Origin: a virus
Lineage: Duplodnaviria; Caudoviricetes
DNA length: 27,578 bases
Direction: 5' to 3' (one strand)
Virus record (IMG/VR): IMGVR_UViG_3300032300_000385
Location: 1-27,578 of that record
This document shows positions 1-9,440 of this stretch, piece by piece. Made by a program: the position numbers and the translations under genes. Under the pieces are notes generated by a model, which made no database searches, had not been told where the DNA came from, and saw nothing but the letters and a program-made list of their open reading frames with translations. How positions within the stretch are numbered: position 1 is the first letter of the stretch; every line of letters starts with the position of its first letter.

Positions 1-354
1 ACGACTAACATAAAAGTGGCGAGTGCCGTTGCTTCGTTTGGTGCAAAGCCCCGCTCGCTCGACCCGGTAACAAGGACAATCAAAGAGGACGGAAGCACCC
101 AAGCTACCTTCTGGTTCGAGGCGGGGGCAGGGGCAGAGGCTAGGGCAGAAATGGAATGCCCTTGGTCGGAAATGAAAAGCGACCCAGAAAGCCCAATCCG
201 ATATGTCCGAGCCGCCCTAGAGAACCGAGAAACCTTCCTAGGATTGCTTAAAAGAGCCGTTCCAGTTCGGGTGATACAAAGGGGCGGGCAGACTTTACTC
301 ATATCAGAAAACGCAACCTCGGAGCAAAGAAGGGCAATCCTAAAGCATCTATGA
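1..354 (+). CDS. Hypothetical tail-module protein, probably 5'-truncated by the window edge
   Basis: Frame is open from position 1 (TTNIKVASAVASF...), so the GTG at 16 need not be the start. Stop overlaps the next start (ATGA at 351-354). Confidence 0.6.
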   Translation, partial: TTNIKVASAVASFGAKPRSLDPVTRTIKEDGSTQATFWFEAGAGAEARAEMECPWSEMKSDPESPIRYVRAALENRETFLGLLKRAVPVRVIQRGGQTLLISENATSEQRRAILKHL

Positions 355-731
355 GCATCTCACTAGAAGAAGAACTAAACTCGGCATTTATATCCCCAGA
401 AAAGGAGTTTATGGGTGATAAACTCGCACCCTACACGGAAGGCTCTCGCTTGCTTCTCTTGCAAGTTAGGGACGATGAGGATTCCTCATTCTATTTTATC
501 TGGTCATTTATCTATGTCCACATTCTTCTAGCCAAGAACAAGAAGGAAGCAATCAAACTGGCTTGGAATAAGAACTTGTTTAGAGAGAAGATAATGGAAT
601 ATATCGAAGGCAAGACAGAGGCAGATCGTGAAGTAGCCACGACCATCGTTTCCAACATTTTAGACGAAGCCCAGAAGGGCAAAGTTGATGTTATCCCAGC
701 ACCTCATCAGCCCGACTTGGGAAACGCCTAA
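351..731 (+). CDS. Tail assembly chaperone (gpG-like)
   Basis: 126-aa acidic protein upstream of the tape measure region, ending in an in-frame G GGA AAC slippery heptamer. Confidence 0.7.
   Translation: MSISLEEELNSAFISPEKEFMGDKLAPYTEGSRLLLLQVRDDEDSSFYFIWSFIYVHILLAKNKKEAIKLAWNKNLFREKIMEYIEGKTEADREVATTIVSNILDEAQKGKVDVIPAPHQPDLGNA
719..725 (+). other. Programmed -1 ribosomal frameshift site GGGAAAC
   Basis: X XXY YYZ heptamer in the correct phase, one codon before the TAA at 729-731. The -1 frame is open to 937. Confidence 0.8.
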
Positions 732-937
732 CGCCAGCGGGAACAGCAAGTTTTGTGTTCTCGTTGGCAGAACGAACCGGGTGGAGCATAGACTACATTT
801 TGTGGGACATTCCTTTAGCCCTAATCACGCAAGCAACGCACACTTACCTATGGCAAAATGGGGCGAAGTGTAGGCGAGTGCTTACAGAGATTGGCGAGGA
901 TAGGGCAAACCTAGAGAGGCTATTGGGGCTGGTTTAA
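719..937 (+). CDS. Frameshift extension of the tail chaperone (gpGT-like, fusion about 195 aa)
   Basis: -1 frame reads GKRLTPAGTASFVFSLAERTGWSIDYILWDIPL..., a typical gpT-like 'LA..GWS...IL...P' pattern. Includes track ORF 755..937. Confidence 0.75.
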   Translation, partial: GKRLTPAGTASFVFSLAERTGWSIDYILWDIPLALITQATHTYLWQNGAKCRRVLTEIGEDRANLERLLGLV

Positions 938-953
938 CATAAAGAAGAATCTT

Positions 954-1730
954 ATGAGCAATTTCTTTAAGCTAGATGTGAGGGAATTTAATAGGACGAT
1001 TGACCTATACCTAGACCTCACACGCCGAGACAGAATCAACGAACTTAACCGCAGGGCGGCCAACATTTGTGCAAGGGCAAGCAAGCTAACGGACAAAGCA
1101 GACCCACAAGAGATTTCCGATGATATGAAGGCAGTTGAAACTGTTACGGCTTCTTATGTTAAAACAACAAAGAAGAGGGGCGAATATGTTGCGTTGAGTA
1201 AGGGCGGCAAGACAACCCAGAAGCAATCAACTGTTAATTATATGGGAAGCCAAGAGGCTTTTAAGATTGCAAATTGGAGGCTTGCCAGAGGGAAGAGATT
1301 GGGATTCTACAACAAGTTCCCAGCCAAATTAGCAGGGCCGGGTAGGGGAAAGAAGGGTGGAACAGCAAGCCAGTTTTACAACAAGTTTGTTAAGCGGGCA
1401 AGGTCATCCGCTGGATACATAGCCGCCGGGTGGTTGCCAGCATTTAATTATTTTAGCAAAAAGACTATTGGGAAAACGATTCAACCAGATAATGTTTTGC
1501 TAAAATACTTCAAAACGCTTAAAGGAAGTGCTGGAATGGGATTTGGTATCAATAACATTATTGGTACTGCTGATGTCGTAAAAGCCATATTTGTTAATGC
1601 CGCCGCTGGCGTTTCAAAAATAGGCCAAAAGTCATTACAAGACGCACTCAACGCAGAAGAGGCGGATATGAAGATAAAGATTGCACAAAAGCAACAAGAG
1701 ATTGCTGACAAGGCTAGTAAGACAAGGTAA
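954..1730 (+). CDS. Basic virion morphogenesis protein (possible neck/tail-completion protein)
   Basis: 258-aa Lys/Arg-rich ORF between chaperone and tape measure. Function inferred from position only. Confidence 0.45.
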   Translation: MSNFFKLDVREFNRTIDLYLDLTRRDRINELNRRAANICARASKLTDKADPQEISDDMKAVETVTASYVKTTKKRGEYVALSKGGKTTQKQSTVNYMGSQEAFKIANWRLARGKRLGFYNKFPAKLAGPGRGKKGGTASQFYNKFVKRARSSAGYIAAGWLPAFNYFSKKTIGKTIQPDNVLLKYFKTLKGSAGMGFGINNIIGTADVVKAIFVNAAAGVSKIGQKSLQDALNAEEADMKIKIAQKQQEIADKASKTR

Positions 1731-1735
1731 TATAT

Positions 1736-3154
1736 ATGGCTTTTGTATTAAAAGGAGAGATCGAGATTGATGGCAGTAAAGCCACGACCGGATTGCGAGG
1801 AGTCCAAAAGGAGGTTTCTAATCTTTCTGTTAGTGGTCAAAAAGCTGGTGCTGTATTTAAGAACTTTAGCCGTAATTTGGCGGAGGCTAGGAATGCAAGC
1901 GATGTGGCTTCTTCGGCGGCTGAAAGCCTTGGTCAAGTTGTTGGCAAGTCTTTGATGGGTGCGGTAGCGATTGGGGCTGTAAAGCTATTTACAGACCAAA
2001 TCACTCGAATGGGGGAGATGCTCAAGGAGACAGCAACAAACGCCCAGAAGTCTTTTGATGATATAGAAAAAGCTGGGCAAGCGATGAGCCTATCCGAAGC
2101 CATCGCCCAAACCTCTGCCATTGATGCGAACATTACCTCTATAAATAACAAACTAACAGAGCTTAATAGAAGCCCATTCCAAAACTTTATAGCTGGTGCA
2201 ACTGGGGCGAGGGCAGAGCTTGAGGCATTAGTTAAAACCAATCAGAGATTAAGGGATGTAAAACTTGCCGAGGGATTGGCAAGCGAAAATGCTAATGACG
2301 AGTTGATGTCTGGCCTAGACGCAGAGGAAAAGAAACTGCGTGATATTGATAATGAATACAGAAAAAGACAGAAGCTCGCACAAACCATAACAGACCCACA
2401 AGCCTCTGCCTCATTTAAGAAAGATGCTGGCGAGATAATGGCAAGGCAACGCAATGCCATTCTAGATAAGCAAGCCAAAGACAGAGCAGAATCTCAAATC
2501 AAATTCGACAAGATGGTTTTTGATGCGGAACAAAAGCTAGCAGACCAAGCAGAGGCAAGGGAGAAAAAGACAGAGCAAGAGCGAGTGCAAAGAAAGATAG
2601 ACAACAACAATCGCATCTATCGTGAGGAACGCTACAACACAGACGAAAAGATTAAGATGGACACCGATGCTGACGATAGGGCGTTTCAGCGTCTTGTCCG
2701 TAATGCGTATCGGGCTAGGGAGGAGCAGAAGAAGGCTCAACAAACAGCTACCGATGTTTCTGGTGGTGTCCTTGGTGCAAGTGCGGCTGGGCGACAAGCC
2801 CTAGATGTGGCGAGAAAACAAAGAGAGAGACAACTTAAAACAGAGAACTTTGCGGTTGCAGAAAAGATTGCACCAACTCAAAGAGATAGGGCAAAACTAG
2901 CCGCACAGCAAGCCGCCGGGGAAATGCCATCATTGGGTGAAAGAATCCAAGGAGGCATAAGTGGTATTGACCCATCCCAACTCGCAAGGGAGGCCGCCGC
3001 AAGTAAGTTTGAAAGGGAGAGGGCATTCGGCAAGGCAGATATGACTGGGACATCTGGAAAGCTGGGTGAAGAAAAAAGCAGTTTGGGCAACGAGACTTTA
3101 CAAGCAATTAAGAAATTGGTTGAACTTATTCAATCTGGAACGGTGGTAAAATAA
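1736..3154 (+). CDS. Short tape-measure-like protein
   Basis: 472 aa, Ala/Gln/Lys/Glu-rich and helical, with a TMP-like N-terminus (LKGEIEIDGS...), downstream of the G/GT pair. Confidence 0.7.
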   Translation: MAFVLKGEIEIDGSKATTGLRGVQKEVSNLSVSGQKAGAVFKNFSRNLAEARNASDVASSAAESLGQVVGKSLMGAVAIGAVKLFTDQITRMGEMLKETATNAQKSFDDIEKAGQAMSLSEAIAQTSAIDANITSINNKLTELNRSPFQNFIAGATGARAELEALVKTNQRLRDVKLAEGLASENANDELMSGLDAEEKKLRDIDNEYRKRQKLAQTITDPQASASFKKDAGEIMARQRNAILDKQAKDRAESQIKFDKMVFDAEQKLADQAEAREKKTEQERVQRKIDNNNRIYREERYNTDEKIKMDTDADDRAFQRLVRNAYRAREEQKKAQQTATDVSGGVLGASAAGRQALDVARKQRERQLKTENFAVAEKIAPTQRDRAKLAAQQAAGEMPSLGERIQGGISGIDPSQLAREAAASKFERERAFGKADMTGTSGKLGEEKSSLGNETLQAIKKLVELIQSGTVVK

Positions 3155-3155
3155 T

Positions 3156-3842
3156 ATGGCATTTTCAATCGTTGGTTCATCCCTTAACTCCTCCACAACA
3201 GCAAAGGTTCTGCAAAGGCAGAACTTCAACAAAGAGCCTAATGGCCTAGAGACAATCATAGAATCTTACGCAATTTCAACAGCAAACAGAGATACGATTG
3301 TTCCAGAGAAGAACACCCTTCATTCTGCTTTCTCATCCTCTACAAAAAAATATACACGAATGGTGGTGGAGTCCGTAACCACCGAGGAGCAAGACGGTGG
3401 TATCACGCAAATGCTTGTTACATTTGTTGGCCTAACTACTTCAACTGGATTGCCACCACCCATTGTAAGGCTTATCCCCACGGCTGGCGAGGGGGTCTAC
3501 GGGCCACCATTGGTTATTGAGGCAGAGTATGTGACTGATGTAAGTGAGACAGAGTTTATGGCTGGGCAGTTGGCACAAAATAATGGCTTGGGGAGATCGC
3601 AAATCTTCAGTAACACCATAAAAATGCCAGCAGTTATCAATGGCACAACAATGCCAGTTGACCCAAGAACAGCATTTTACAATGCCCCCAAGGGTGGGTT
3701 TGGTGGTGGGGCGATTGTTAAATATAGTGGATATTGTGTTCTATCAATGTCGTGCGATAGGCGTGGGCTTTTTTTGATTGCTAGAAACACTTATCACGAA
3801 GTCCAGCAAATTGCCATAATTACTCAAGGTGCATTTAGTTAA
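3156..3842 (+). CDS. Putative tail tip/distal tail protein
   Basis: 228 aa, beta-rich, immediately after the tape measure. Confidence 0.5.
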   Translation: MAFSIVGSSLNSSTTAKVLQRQNFNKEPNGLETIIESYAISTANRDTIVPEKNTLHSAFSSSTKKYTRMVVESVTTEEQDGGITQMLVTFVGLTTSTGLPPPIVRLIPTAGEGVYGPPLVIEAEYVTDVSETEFMAGQLAQNNGLGRSQIFSNTIKMPAVINGTTMPVDPRTAFYNAPKGGFGGGAIVKYSGYCVLSMSCDRRGLFLIARNTYHEVQQIAIITQGAFS

Positions 3843-3850
3843 GGAACTCA

Positions 3851-4102
3851 ATGAGGGAACAACAACTTAATGAGCTTCAAGGAACTAGCATTCTCACGAA
3901 GTCTTTTTTCAATAAGCTAATAAGAAGAATTGAATGCACAAAGCCTTTGGCTGGCTCTGGAATTACTATATCAGAAAAGGAGAATGGCTTTGAAATCGCA
4001 AGTGGAGGTGCTAGCAGTGTTGCCGGGTATTCTGCGATCACCCTGAATGTATGCTCTAATGGAGAGCCAGCCGAAATTGTTGTGCTTGGCAAGCCAGTTT
4101 AA
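3851..4102 (+). CDS. Small hypothetical tail protein
   Basis: 83-aa ORF with AAGGA upstream, tightly packed in the tail module. Confidence 0.55.
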   Translation: MREQQLNELQGTSILTKSFFNKLIRRIECTKPLAGSGITISEKENGFEIASGGASSVAGYSAITLNVCSNGEPAEIVVLGKPV

Positions 4103-4129
4103 GGGTAATTGACACAATAGGACACTTAA

Positions 4130-5824
4130 ATGGCTCAATCTCTAGATATCTACATTGACACAACAAATGGAAACCTAGTGGCCGCTGGGTCTGCTAGGAA
4201 TGGGACGCTCCCCACCCTTACTCGCAACGACTCCTATAACCTCCGAGTTCGCTTGCAAGAAAGAGATACTGGGGGATTCCTTCGAGATTTAGATTTAACT
4301 GGTTCTTCAATTAAGCTGGGCATCGGTGGGATTGATGGAGACCCAACGGACGGACAATTTAAGCTAGTTCTTAACAGCGTAACTTCAAACGCTATTTCTT
4401 TCAATGCGACTCCGCTCCAAGTTTATACCGCTATTTCTGGTATTGCTGGTACTGGGGTTACTGTAACGACCTATGGGAATGAGAATTTTGCCTACCTTAT
4501 CACTTCCCCGACTCTTGGCACAGCTATGTCATTTGGTGGTTCTTCCTTCACCCTTTTCCCCACAAGCTCGGTTCTTGTAAGTACTCGCAGATTCCCATCC
4601 GCATCGGTTGCCGCACAACAAGTCGTTCGCTTGGTTCGCAATCCCGCCGTCTTTGCAGATACATTTGTGACCTCGCCTACTTCCGGGGTCTTGTCCCTAA
4701 CAAGAACCCAAATTGGCTCGACTACTAAAAACGAAACCTACAATCTTGCGGTAGGGTCAGACGCAGAAGGCGGCTCGGTTGTTCTTAACTATGGTGCTAA
4801 CTCAACCACGGCCATTCCAGTCGGTTCAACTGCCGTATGCTTTGCAGAAGCCTTGAGTGCCGTGACTGGGATTGGTGTTGGGAATGTTAGCGTTGATGTC
4901 GGAAACAATGCTGGGAACTATTCCATTTCTTTCGTTCGTAACCTTGGCCTAACGGCTCTTACAAACAACCTAACTCTTGATGCGAATGGAGTTATCTTCG
5001 GAAAGTTCTTGCAGACTACGGTTACAATGGCAACCGCCGAGCTTGAGGAATTGTTTTCCGAAACTGGTTCAGACACAATTTCCCCGAAGCTAGAGGTTGA
5101 GCTAACGCAGAATGGAACGCCCAAGACGGTTCTCCAAACCGATGTGACGGTTAGACGCGATTTGCTCACCAGCGGTAGTGCCGTTCCCGCCTCGCAAGCC
5201 AGCTACCTTACTTCCGCAGAGAGCTACGCCGCCTTTGTTGAGGACTCAACCTCCAATGTCGATGCAACCAATCGGAAGCTCTACAACTCTAGTAGCCAAG
5301 TATTCCTAGACTGGCAGAACAATACTATCGGAACTGGCTCTACCATTCTCGATCTATCTGGAACAGCCGTAACGATTACAGACGGATATAACCTCGGCGT
5401 TGGCACAACTACTGGAACAAAGATTGGCGTTAGCACAAGTTCAAAACTTGCCTTCTTTGGCTCTACTCCAATCACTCAACCCGCAAACATCAATGTCGTT
5501 TCTGGTCTAATCAATACCGGGCTAATTGCAAATGGGGCAACCTATGGAGTGTTGCCGCAATCTCCAAGGACTCTCACGGCAGTAACTTATACCACATTTG
5601 GACTAGTTCCATCCAATAATGTTATTTCTAAAACAGTTACAATTACTGGATGCCAACTGAATGACATTGTTTTGCTTGGGTTGTCCGCTGATATTGAGGA
5701 AGGACTTGCTTTTAGTGGTCACGTTGTTACTGCTAATCAAATTCATATTGATGCCCTAAATGTGACTGGAAGTGGAAAGACACAAAACGCAACAACATTC
5801 AGAGTCACCGTCATCGGTTATTGA
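4130..5824 (+). CDS. Tail fibre/baseplate receptor-binding-type protein
   Basis: 564 aa, very Thr/Ser/Gly/Val-rich. Two internal copies of an 'L.+..TT.AI...T......A+S.+.G' module and a GTTTGTKIG...KLAFFGSTPITQP fibre-like motif. Confidence 0.7.
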   Translation: MAQSLDIYIDTTNGNLVAAGSARNGTLPTLTRNDSYNLRVRLQERDTGGFLRDLDLTGSSIKLGIGGIDGDPTDGQFKLVLNSVTSNAISFNATPLQVYTAISGIAGTGVTVTTYGNENFAYLITSPTLGTAMSFGGSSFTLFPTSSVLVSTRRFPSASVAAQQVVRLVRNPAVFADTFVTSPTSGVLSLTRTQIGSTTKNETYNLAVGSDAEGGSVVLNYGANSTTAIPVGSTAVCFAEALSAVTGIGVGNVSVDVGNNAGNYSISFVRNLGLTALTNNLTLDANGVIFGKFLQTTVTMATAELEELFSETGSDTISPKLEVELTQNGTPKTVLQTDVTVRRDLLTSGSAVPASQASYLTSAESYAAFVEDSTSNVDATNRKLYNSSSQVFLDWQNNTIGTGSTILDLSGTAVTITDGYNLGVGTTTGTKIGVSTSSKLAFFGSTPITQPANINVVSGLINTGLIANGATYGVLPQSPRTLTAVTYTTFGLVPSNNVISKTVTITGCQLNDIVLLGLSADIEEGLAFSGHVVTANQIHIDALNVTGSGKTQNATTFRVTVIGY

Positions 5825-5853
5825 TCTTGGGCTAATGCCCTAAAGAAATCCTT

Positions 5854-6498
5854 ATGGCTTTTCTTTTTGCCAAGTCTTTTCCTTTTTGCGTTCAAGAAAG
5901 CGACAACCAAACTGGCGATGGAACAGACTACCCATTTGAAATGACATTAGAAGATGCGATGGAATTATACTGGAAATTCCTATCGCTAAAAGTAACAGAC
6001 AATCTTGTTTATTCTTTTATAAATAATCCTACTGAAGGGAACTGCGTTGCGACTCACTCATTTTCAAACACCATAGAAACATTAAGCTATTGGCCTACCA
6101 AAATGAGTGAAATGATTTGCCCGCCACCTCCATACTTTTATGGAACAATCGGCGGAAGCAATGGATCAATGACCAGCACAAATACCGTCGTCCCAACCAA
6201 TACAACTGGATTTTATTCATTGTCGTATGGTGGAGAAATAATAACAAAAAAAATAAATAATACATATAAATTCTATCCCGCCTTTCTTTTCGAAATATCA
6301 ACCGACTTGGAGTATAGTTCAAATTATAGCACTAAAGACAATGGAGGCTTGGCCTCTCAAATTGTTACTCTTAAAACTAGTAGCACGGAATATAAAACAA
6401 ATTTATATGTTACTGGATTTAATCCGGGCGACCATTCTCCAATCTCTTTATCTGGTTCAGTAGTTATCGAGAAAGCAAGTGATCGCACTCCTGAATGA
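5854..6498 (+). CDS. Hypothetical tail-associated protein (AT-rich, likely variable)
   Basis: 214 aa, Thr/Ser/Tyr-rich, directly after the fibre gene. Confidence 0.55.
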   Translation: MAFLFAKSFPFCVQESDNQTGDGTDYPFEMTLEDAMELYWKFLSLKVTDNLVYSFINNPTEGNCVATHSFSNTIETLSYWPTKMSEMICPPPPYFYGTIGGSNGSMTSTNTVVPTNTTGFYSLSYGGEIITKKINNTYKFYPAFLFEISTDLEYSSNYSTKDNGGLASQIVTLKTSSTEYKTNLYVTGFNPGDHSPISLSGSVVIEKASDRTPE

Positions 6499-7006
6499 TA
6501 TTGCAAGGGCTGGTGGGTATTTTTGTGGAGGCTTTGTTAGGGACTATTTAATTCGTGGCGAGTCCTTTAGCGATATTGATTTCTCCTTTACTGGCAAGTG
6601 GCCTAACCCCTATGCGTCTTGGCCTTTAATTAGAACAGAAATTGGAAGGGAAACAGCGGAAATGCATATTGATGGGATGAAATATCATTGTGTAAATCTT
6701 GAGGCCATAGACTTAACTTGTAATCTGTTCTGTTTCGATGGGCTTAAAGTATATCCAAGGCCGTGCTTCCAATACAGAGACAAGCCAGTAGATTATTTTA
6801 AGGCTTGGGAAATGCTTTTAGAAAAGAAGTTTGTTATGCAAGTTCCAGCCATTAAGAATGTAAAACTACGAGCCAAGCTAACTAAAAGGGGATGGATAGA
6901 TTGCGGGATTGATTTGACTATAAAGAAGATTGCAGTTCCACCGCCTTGCGGCCCTTGGTCAGACTTCGCCCTAGCTAAAGAAAGGTTTGATGCCATAGCC
7001 CCTTGA
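6479..7006 (+). CDS. Class II nucleotidyltransferase head domain (CCA-adding/poly(A) polymerase-like), stand-alone
   Basis: GGFVRDYL...SDIDF matches the GGxVRD...DxD signature. DLTCN resembles DFTIN. Start codon (GTG 6479) is uncertain. Confidence 0.7.
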   Translation: MIALLNDIARAGGYFCGGFVRDYLIRGESFSDIDFSFTGKWPNPYASWPLIRTEIGRETAEMHIDGMKYHCVNLEAIDLTCNLFCFDGLKVYPRPCFQYRDKPVDYFKAWEMLLEKKFVMQVPAIKNVKLRAKLTKRGWIDCGIDLTIKKIAVPPPCGPWSDFALAKERFDAIAP

Positions 7007-7022
7007 CACCCCCTCCCTTCTT

Positions 7023-7193
7023 ATGGAACAAATCTTAACCTTCATTCAGTCTCAAGATGTGTTTGCTTGGGTTGGTGCGTTAGTCGCCCTACTCTCTGCC
7101 GTGATTGCAGTTGCCTCTCTTATCCCCGGTGACGAGCCAGAAACAACGCTCCGCAAGGTTGTGGACTTCCTCTCCAAGTTCTCACGGAAATAA
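7023..7193 (+). CDS. Putative holin, 56 aa (not in ORF track)
   Basis: MEQILTFIQSQDVFAWVGALVALLSAVIAVASLIPGDEPETTLRKVVDFLSKFSRK: one TM helix, basic C-terminus, first gene of the lysis cassette. Confidence 0.65.
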   Translation: MEQILTFIQSQDVFAWVGALVALLSAVIAVASLIPGDEPETTLRKVVDFLSKFSRK

Positions 7194-7195
7194 CA

Positions 7196-7357
7196 ATGTG
7201 GGAGGCCATTCTCGCCTCGCTTGCTGGTGTAATCGGAATCATCGCTTGGTGGACTAAAAATCGTGCAAAGACTCGCAAGGAAAGAGACGATGAAGAAATT
7301 GCTTACAAACGCCGTCTGCGAGATACGGAAGTGGATTCTTGGATTCACCGCCGCTAG
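7196..7357 (+). CDS. Putative inner-membrane spanin, 53 aa (not in ORF track)
   Basis: MWEAILASLAGVIGIIAWWTKNRAKTRKERDDEEIAYKRRLRDTEVDSWIHRR: N-terminal TM plus charged helix, overlapped by a lipoprotein gene. Confidence 0.6.
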   Translation: MWEAILASLAGVIGIIAWWTKNRAKTRKERDDEEIAYKRRLRDTEVDSWIHRR

Positions 7358-7568
7358 TTTGATTTGTGGGTGTGCAACCACCCGCCCTTACGACATTGGC
7401 GAAGTGCCAAACCAAGATTCGATTAGCGACTACATTATGCGGTGGGACAAACTCGACCGCACAAAAGCAACCCAAGACGAATACCGCCAGCTTTATGGGC
7501 AAACGCTCAAAACGATTTCTCGACTTGTGGAGGAAAATGAACGACTCCGCAAGAGGCTTGACCAGTAA
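7290..7568 (+). CDS. Putative outer-membrane spanin lipoprotein
   Basis: From ATG 7290: MKKLL...WILGFTAASLICGC (lipobox-like), C-terminal coiled coil. Overlaps the preceding TM gene in another frame. Confidence 0.65.
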   Translation: MKKLLTNAVCEIRKWILGFTAASLICGCATTRPYDIGEVPNQDSISDYIMRWDKLDRTKATQDEYRQLYGQTLKTISRLVEENERLRKRLDQ

Positions 7569-8074
7569 TGACGATTCGAGAGGCCGTGGAAAGGTCAAGA
7601 GGCCACATAGAAAAGTGTGAGCCTAGTTTTGGGAAGAGGGTGGGGGCTTGGTACTCGGAGTTAATGTCCAAAAAGATTCCAGTTTTGATCTACTGCTCGG
7701 TTAGAACGCCCCAAGAACAAGAGGAGCTATACAGCCGTGGACGCACGAAGGCTGGGGTCAAAGTCACAAACGCTCGCGGGATACCACCACAATCGCTCCA
7801 CATTGACCAAGGTAAAGGGAGTCACGCCATTGACTATGTACCCCTTGCTCGTACTCCGACTAACGATTTAATCCCATCTTGGGACGATGACCAAACCTAT
7901 TCGATATGCCAGAAGATCGCACAGAAGCACCAGCTACGGCACTTGGATTGGGAGCAACCCCACCTTGAGGATGCAACAATTTCTGGGTGGAGAGAATTAG
8001 TCTCACCACAAAAGCAACAAGTGAATAATCAAAAAGTTTCTCTAGTCAGCAAACGCCCTTGGTCTAGCAGATAG
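7568..8074 (+). CDS. Endolysin, peptidase M15 (L-Ala-D-Glu peptidase-like)
   Basis: SVRT.QEQEELY.RGRT..G.KVTNA....QSLH......AIDY...WEQPHLE zinc-peptidase motifs. Confidence 0.85.
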   Translation: MTIREAVERSRGHIEKCEPSFGKRVGAWYSELMSKKIPVLIYCSVRTPQEQEELYSRGRTKAGVKVTNARGIPPQSLHIDQGKGSHAIDYVPLARTPTNDLIPSWDDDQTYSICQKIAQKHQLRHLDWEQPHLEDATISGWRELVSPQKQQVNNQKVSLVSKRPWSSR

Positions 8075-8077
8075 GGG

Positions 8078-8437
8078 ATGACATCCGAACAGAGCGTGGA
8101 GAAAGCTCAAAAGCATTTTACCAAAAAGCACGAACTCCATTTAACGACTTTGCAAGTTGCGGCGGTTGAGTCGATGGAGAAGAAATACAAGCGGGGAGTT
8201 GAGGAACACGGCGGGACAAAACTTTGGGAGATGCCATCGGTGAAACTTGTTGAGAACGCAATCGAAGAGGCAACCGACCAGCTAACTTATCTGCTCACCC
8301 TTCGTTCCCAAATGCACATAGTTTTGGAATTAGCGAGGGACGGATGCACCGATGAGACATTGACAAATCCAAGAGCTAGAGAGTGTTGTAATTTAATTTA
8401 CACAACTTTAACTGGACAAACCAAACCCCCTCTATGA
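8078..8437 (+). CDS. All-alpha NTP pyrophosphohydrolase-like (MazG-like) protein
   Basis: KY..G...HG..LW.......AIEEATDQLTYL, an EExxD metal-binding helix pattern. Confidence 0.45.
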   Translation: MTSEQSVEKAQKHFTKKHELHLTTLQVAAVESMEKKYKRGVEEHGGTKLWEMPSVKLVENAIEEATDQLTYLLTLRSQMHIVLELARDGCTDETLTNPRARECCNLIYTTLTGQTKPPL

Positions 8438-9174
8438 AGCCAATTAAGTTCGTTGCTTGTGGAGACATCCACGGTGACGAGCAAGATGTTGCATCGGTAA
8501 AAGCTCTGCTTGCTTTCACGAAAGAATACCAGCCCGATCTAGTCGTTTGCATCGGTGACCTCTGGGACTTCCGAGCAATCCGCAAAGGAGCAGGGGATGA
8601 GGAGCAAGCATCGAGCCTTCAAAAAGATTGGGATTGCGGGGAGGATTTTATTCGGGAGTTCTTCAAGTTCGGGGATGAGAGAATCTTTTTAAGGGGCAAC
8701 CACGATGAACGGATTTATGATATGGCTCGCAACAGCCGAAGCGGAGTGTCCCGTGATTATGCCAACGATGGGATTGAGAATATCGAACTCATAATGAAAG
8801 AGACGAAGGCAAGGATGTTCCCCTATGATTCAGTCGGTGGGATTTACAAGTGTGGCAACCTCTCTTTCGTTCACGGCTACGGCCACGCTATGCACTCGGC
8901 GAAACAACACGCAGATGCTTATGGGGATGTTATCTTTGGACATACCCACGCCATTGATTATTTCCGTAGCGTCTCCATAGACAATCGGTCTGGCTGGAAT
9001 ATAGGTTGCCTTGCCGAGCTACGGCCAGCGTATAACAGAGGACAGCTTCGCCGCCTCCGCTGGCAAAATGGCTGGGCTTATGGAGTGATTTATTCCGACA
9101 AAACTCACGATGTTTTTCAGGCCAAAAAGAGAGGCAACAAGTTCCACCTACCCACAAACATAAAATCCTTCTAA
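8434..9174 (+). CDS. Calcineurin-like metallophosphoesterase
   Basis: All five motifs present: GDIHG, GDLWD, GNHD, VHG, GHTH. Confidence 0.9.
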   Translation: MKPIKFVACGDIHGDEQDVASVKALLAFTKEYQPDLVVCIGDLWDFRAIRKGAGDEEQASSLQKDWDCGEDFIREFFKFGDERIFLRGNHDERIYDMARNSRSGVSRDYANDGIENIELIMKETKARMFPYDSVGGIYKCGNLSFVHGYGHAMHSAKQHADAYGDVIFGHTHAIDYFRSVSIDNRSGWNIGCLAELRPAYNRGQLRRLRWQNGWAYGVIYSDKTHDVFQAKKRGNKFHLPTNIKSF

Positions 9175-9440
9175 TGAAATCCCCACGAAATCCTTGGCAG
9201 AAACTTCTCGAAGAACACATCCGAAATAAAGAATGCCCTCCACGACCAGAGGGATTTAAGACAAGGGCAGAGATAATGGAATTGAGTGGGAAAAAATCTA
9301 GTTCCATTGACCGCCTACTCCGTGAACTCCTAGATAAAAAGAAATTGGAGGTTACGAAAATTAAGGTTGTCCTTTCAAATAAGAAGGGACACACATTCTT
9401 TCGGTGGATAAAAGCCTACAAAATGCTACCCAACAAGTAG
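9174..9440 (+). CDS. Small basic winged-HTH-like protein
   Basis: FKTRAEIMELSGKKSSSIDRLLRELLDKKKLE pattern. TAATG coupling to the upstream gene. Confidence 0.5.
   Translation: MKSPRNPWQKLLEEHIRNKECPPRPEGFKTRAEIMELSGKKSSSIDRLLRELLDKKKLEVTKIKVVLSNKKGHTFFRWIKAYKMLPNK

Noticed and set aside
685-873. 62-aa ORF as the chaperone extension
   Set aside because: It is in the +1 frame. The slippery heptamer leads to the -1 frame ending at 937.
5826-5845. GGGC-TAAT-GCCC hairpin as a terminator
   Set aside because: Only a 4-bp firm stem and no U-tract.
4130-7006. Diversity-generating retroelement acting on the tail fibre
   Set aside because: No reverse transcriptase and no template/variable repeat pair seen.
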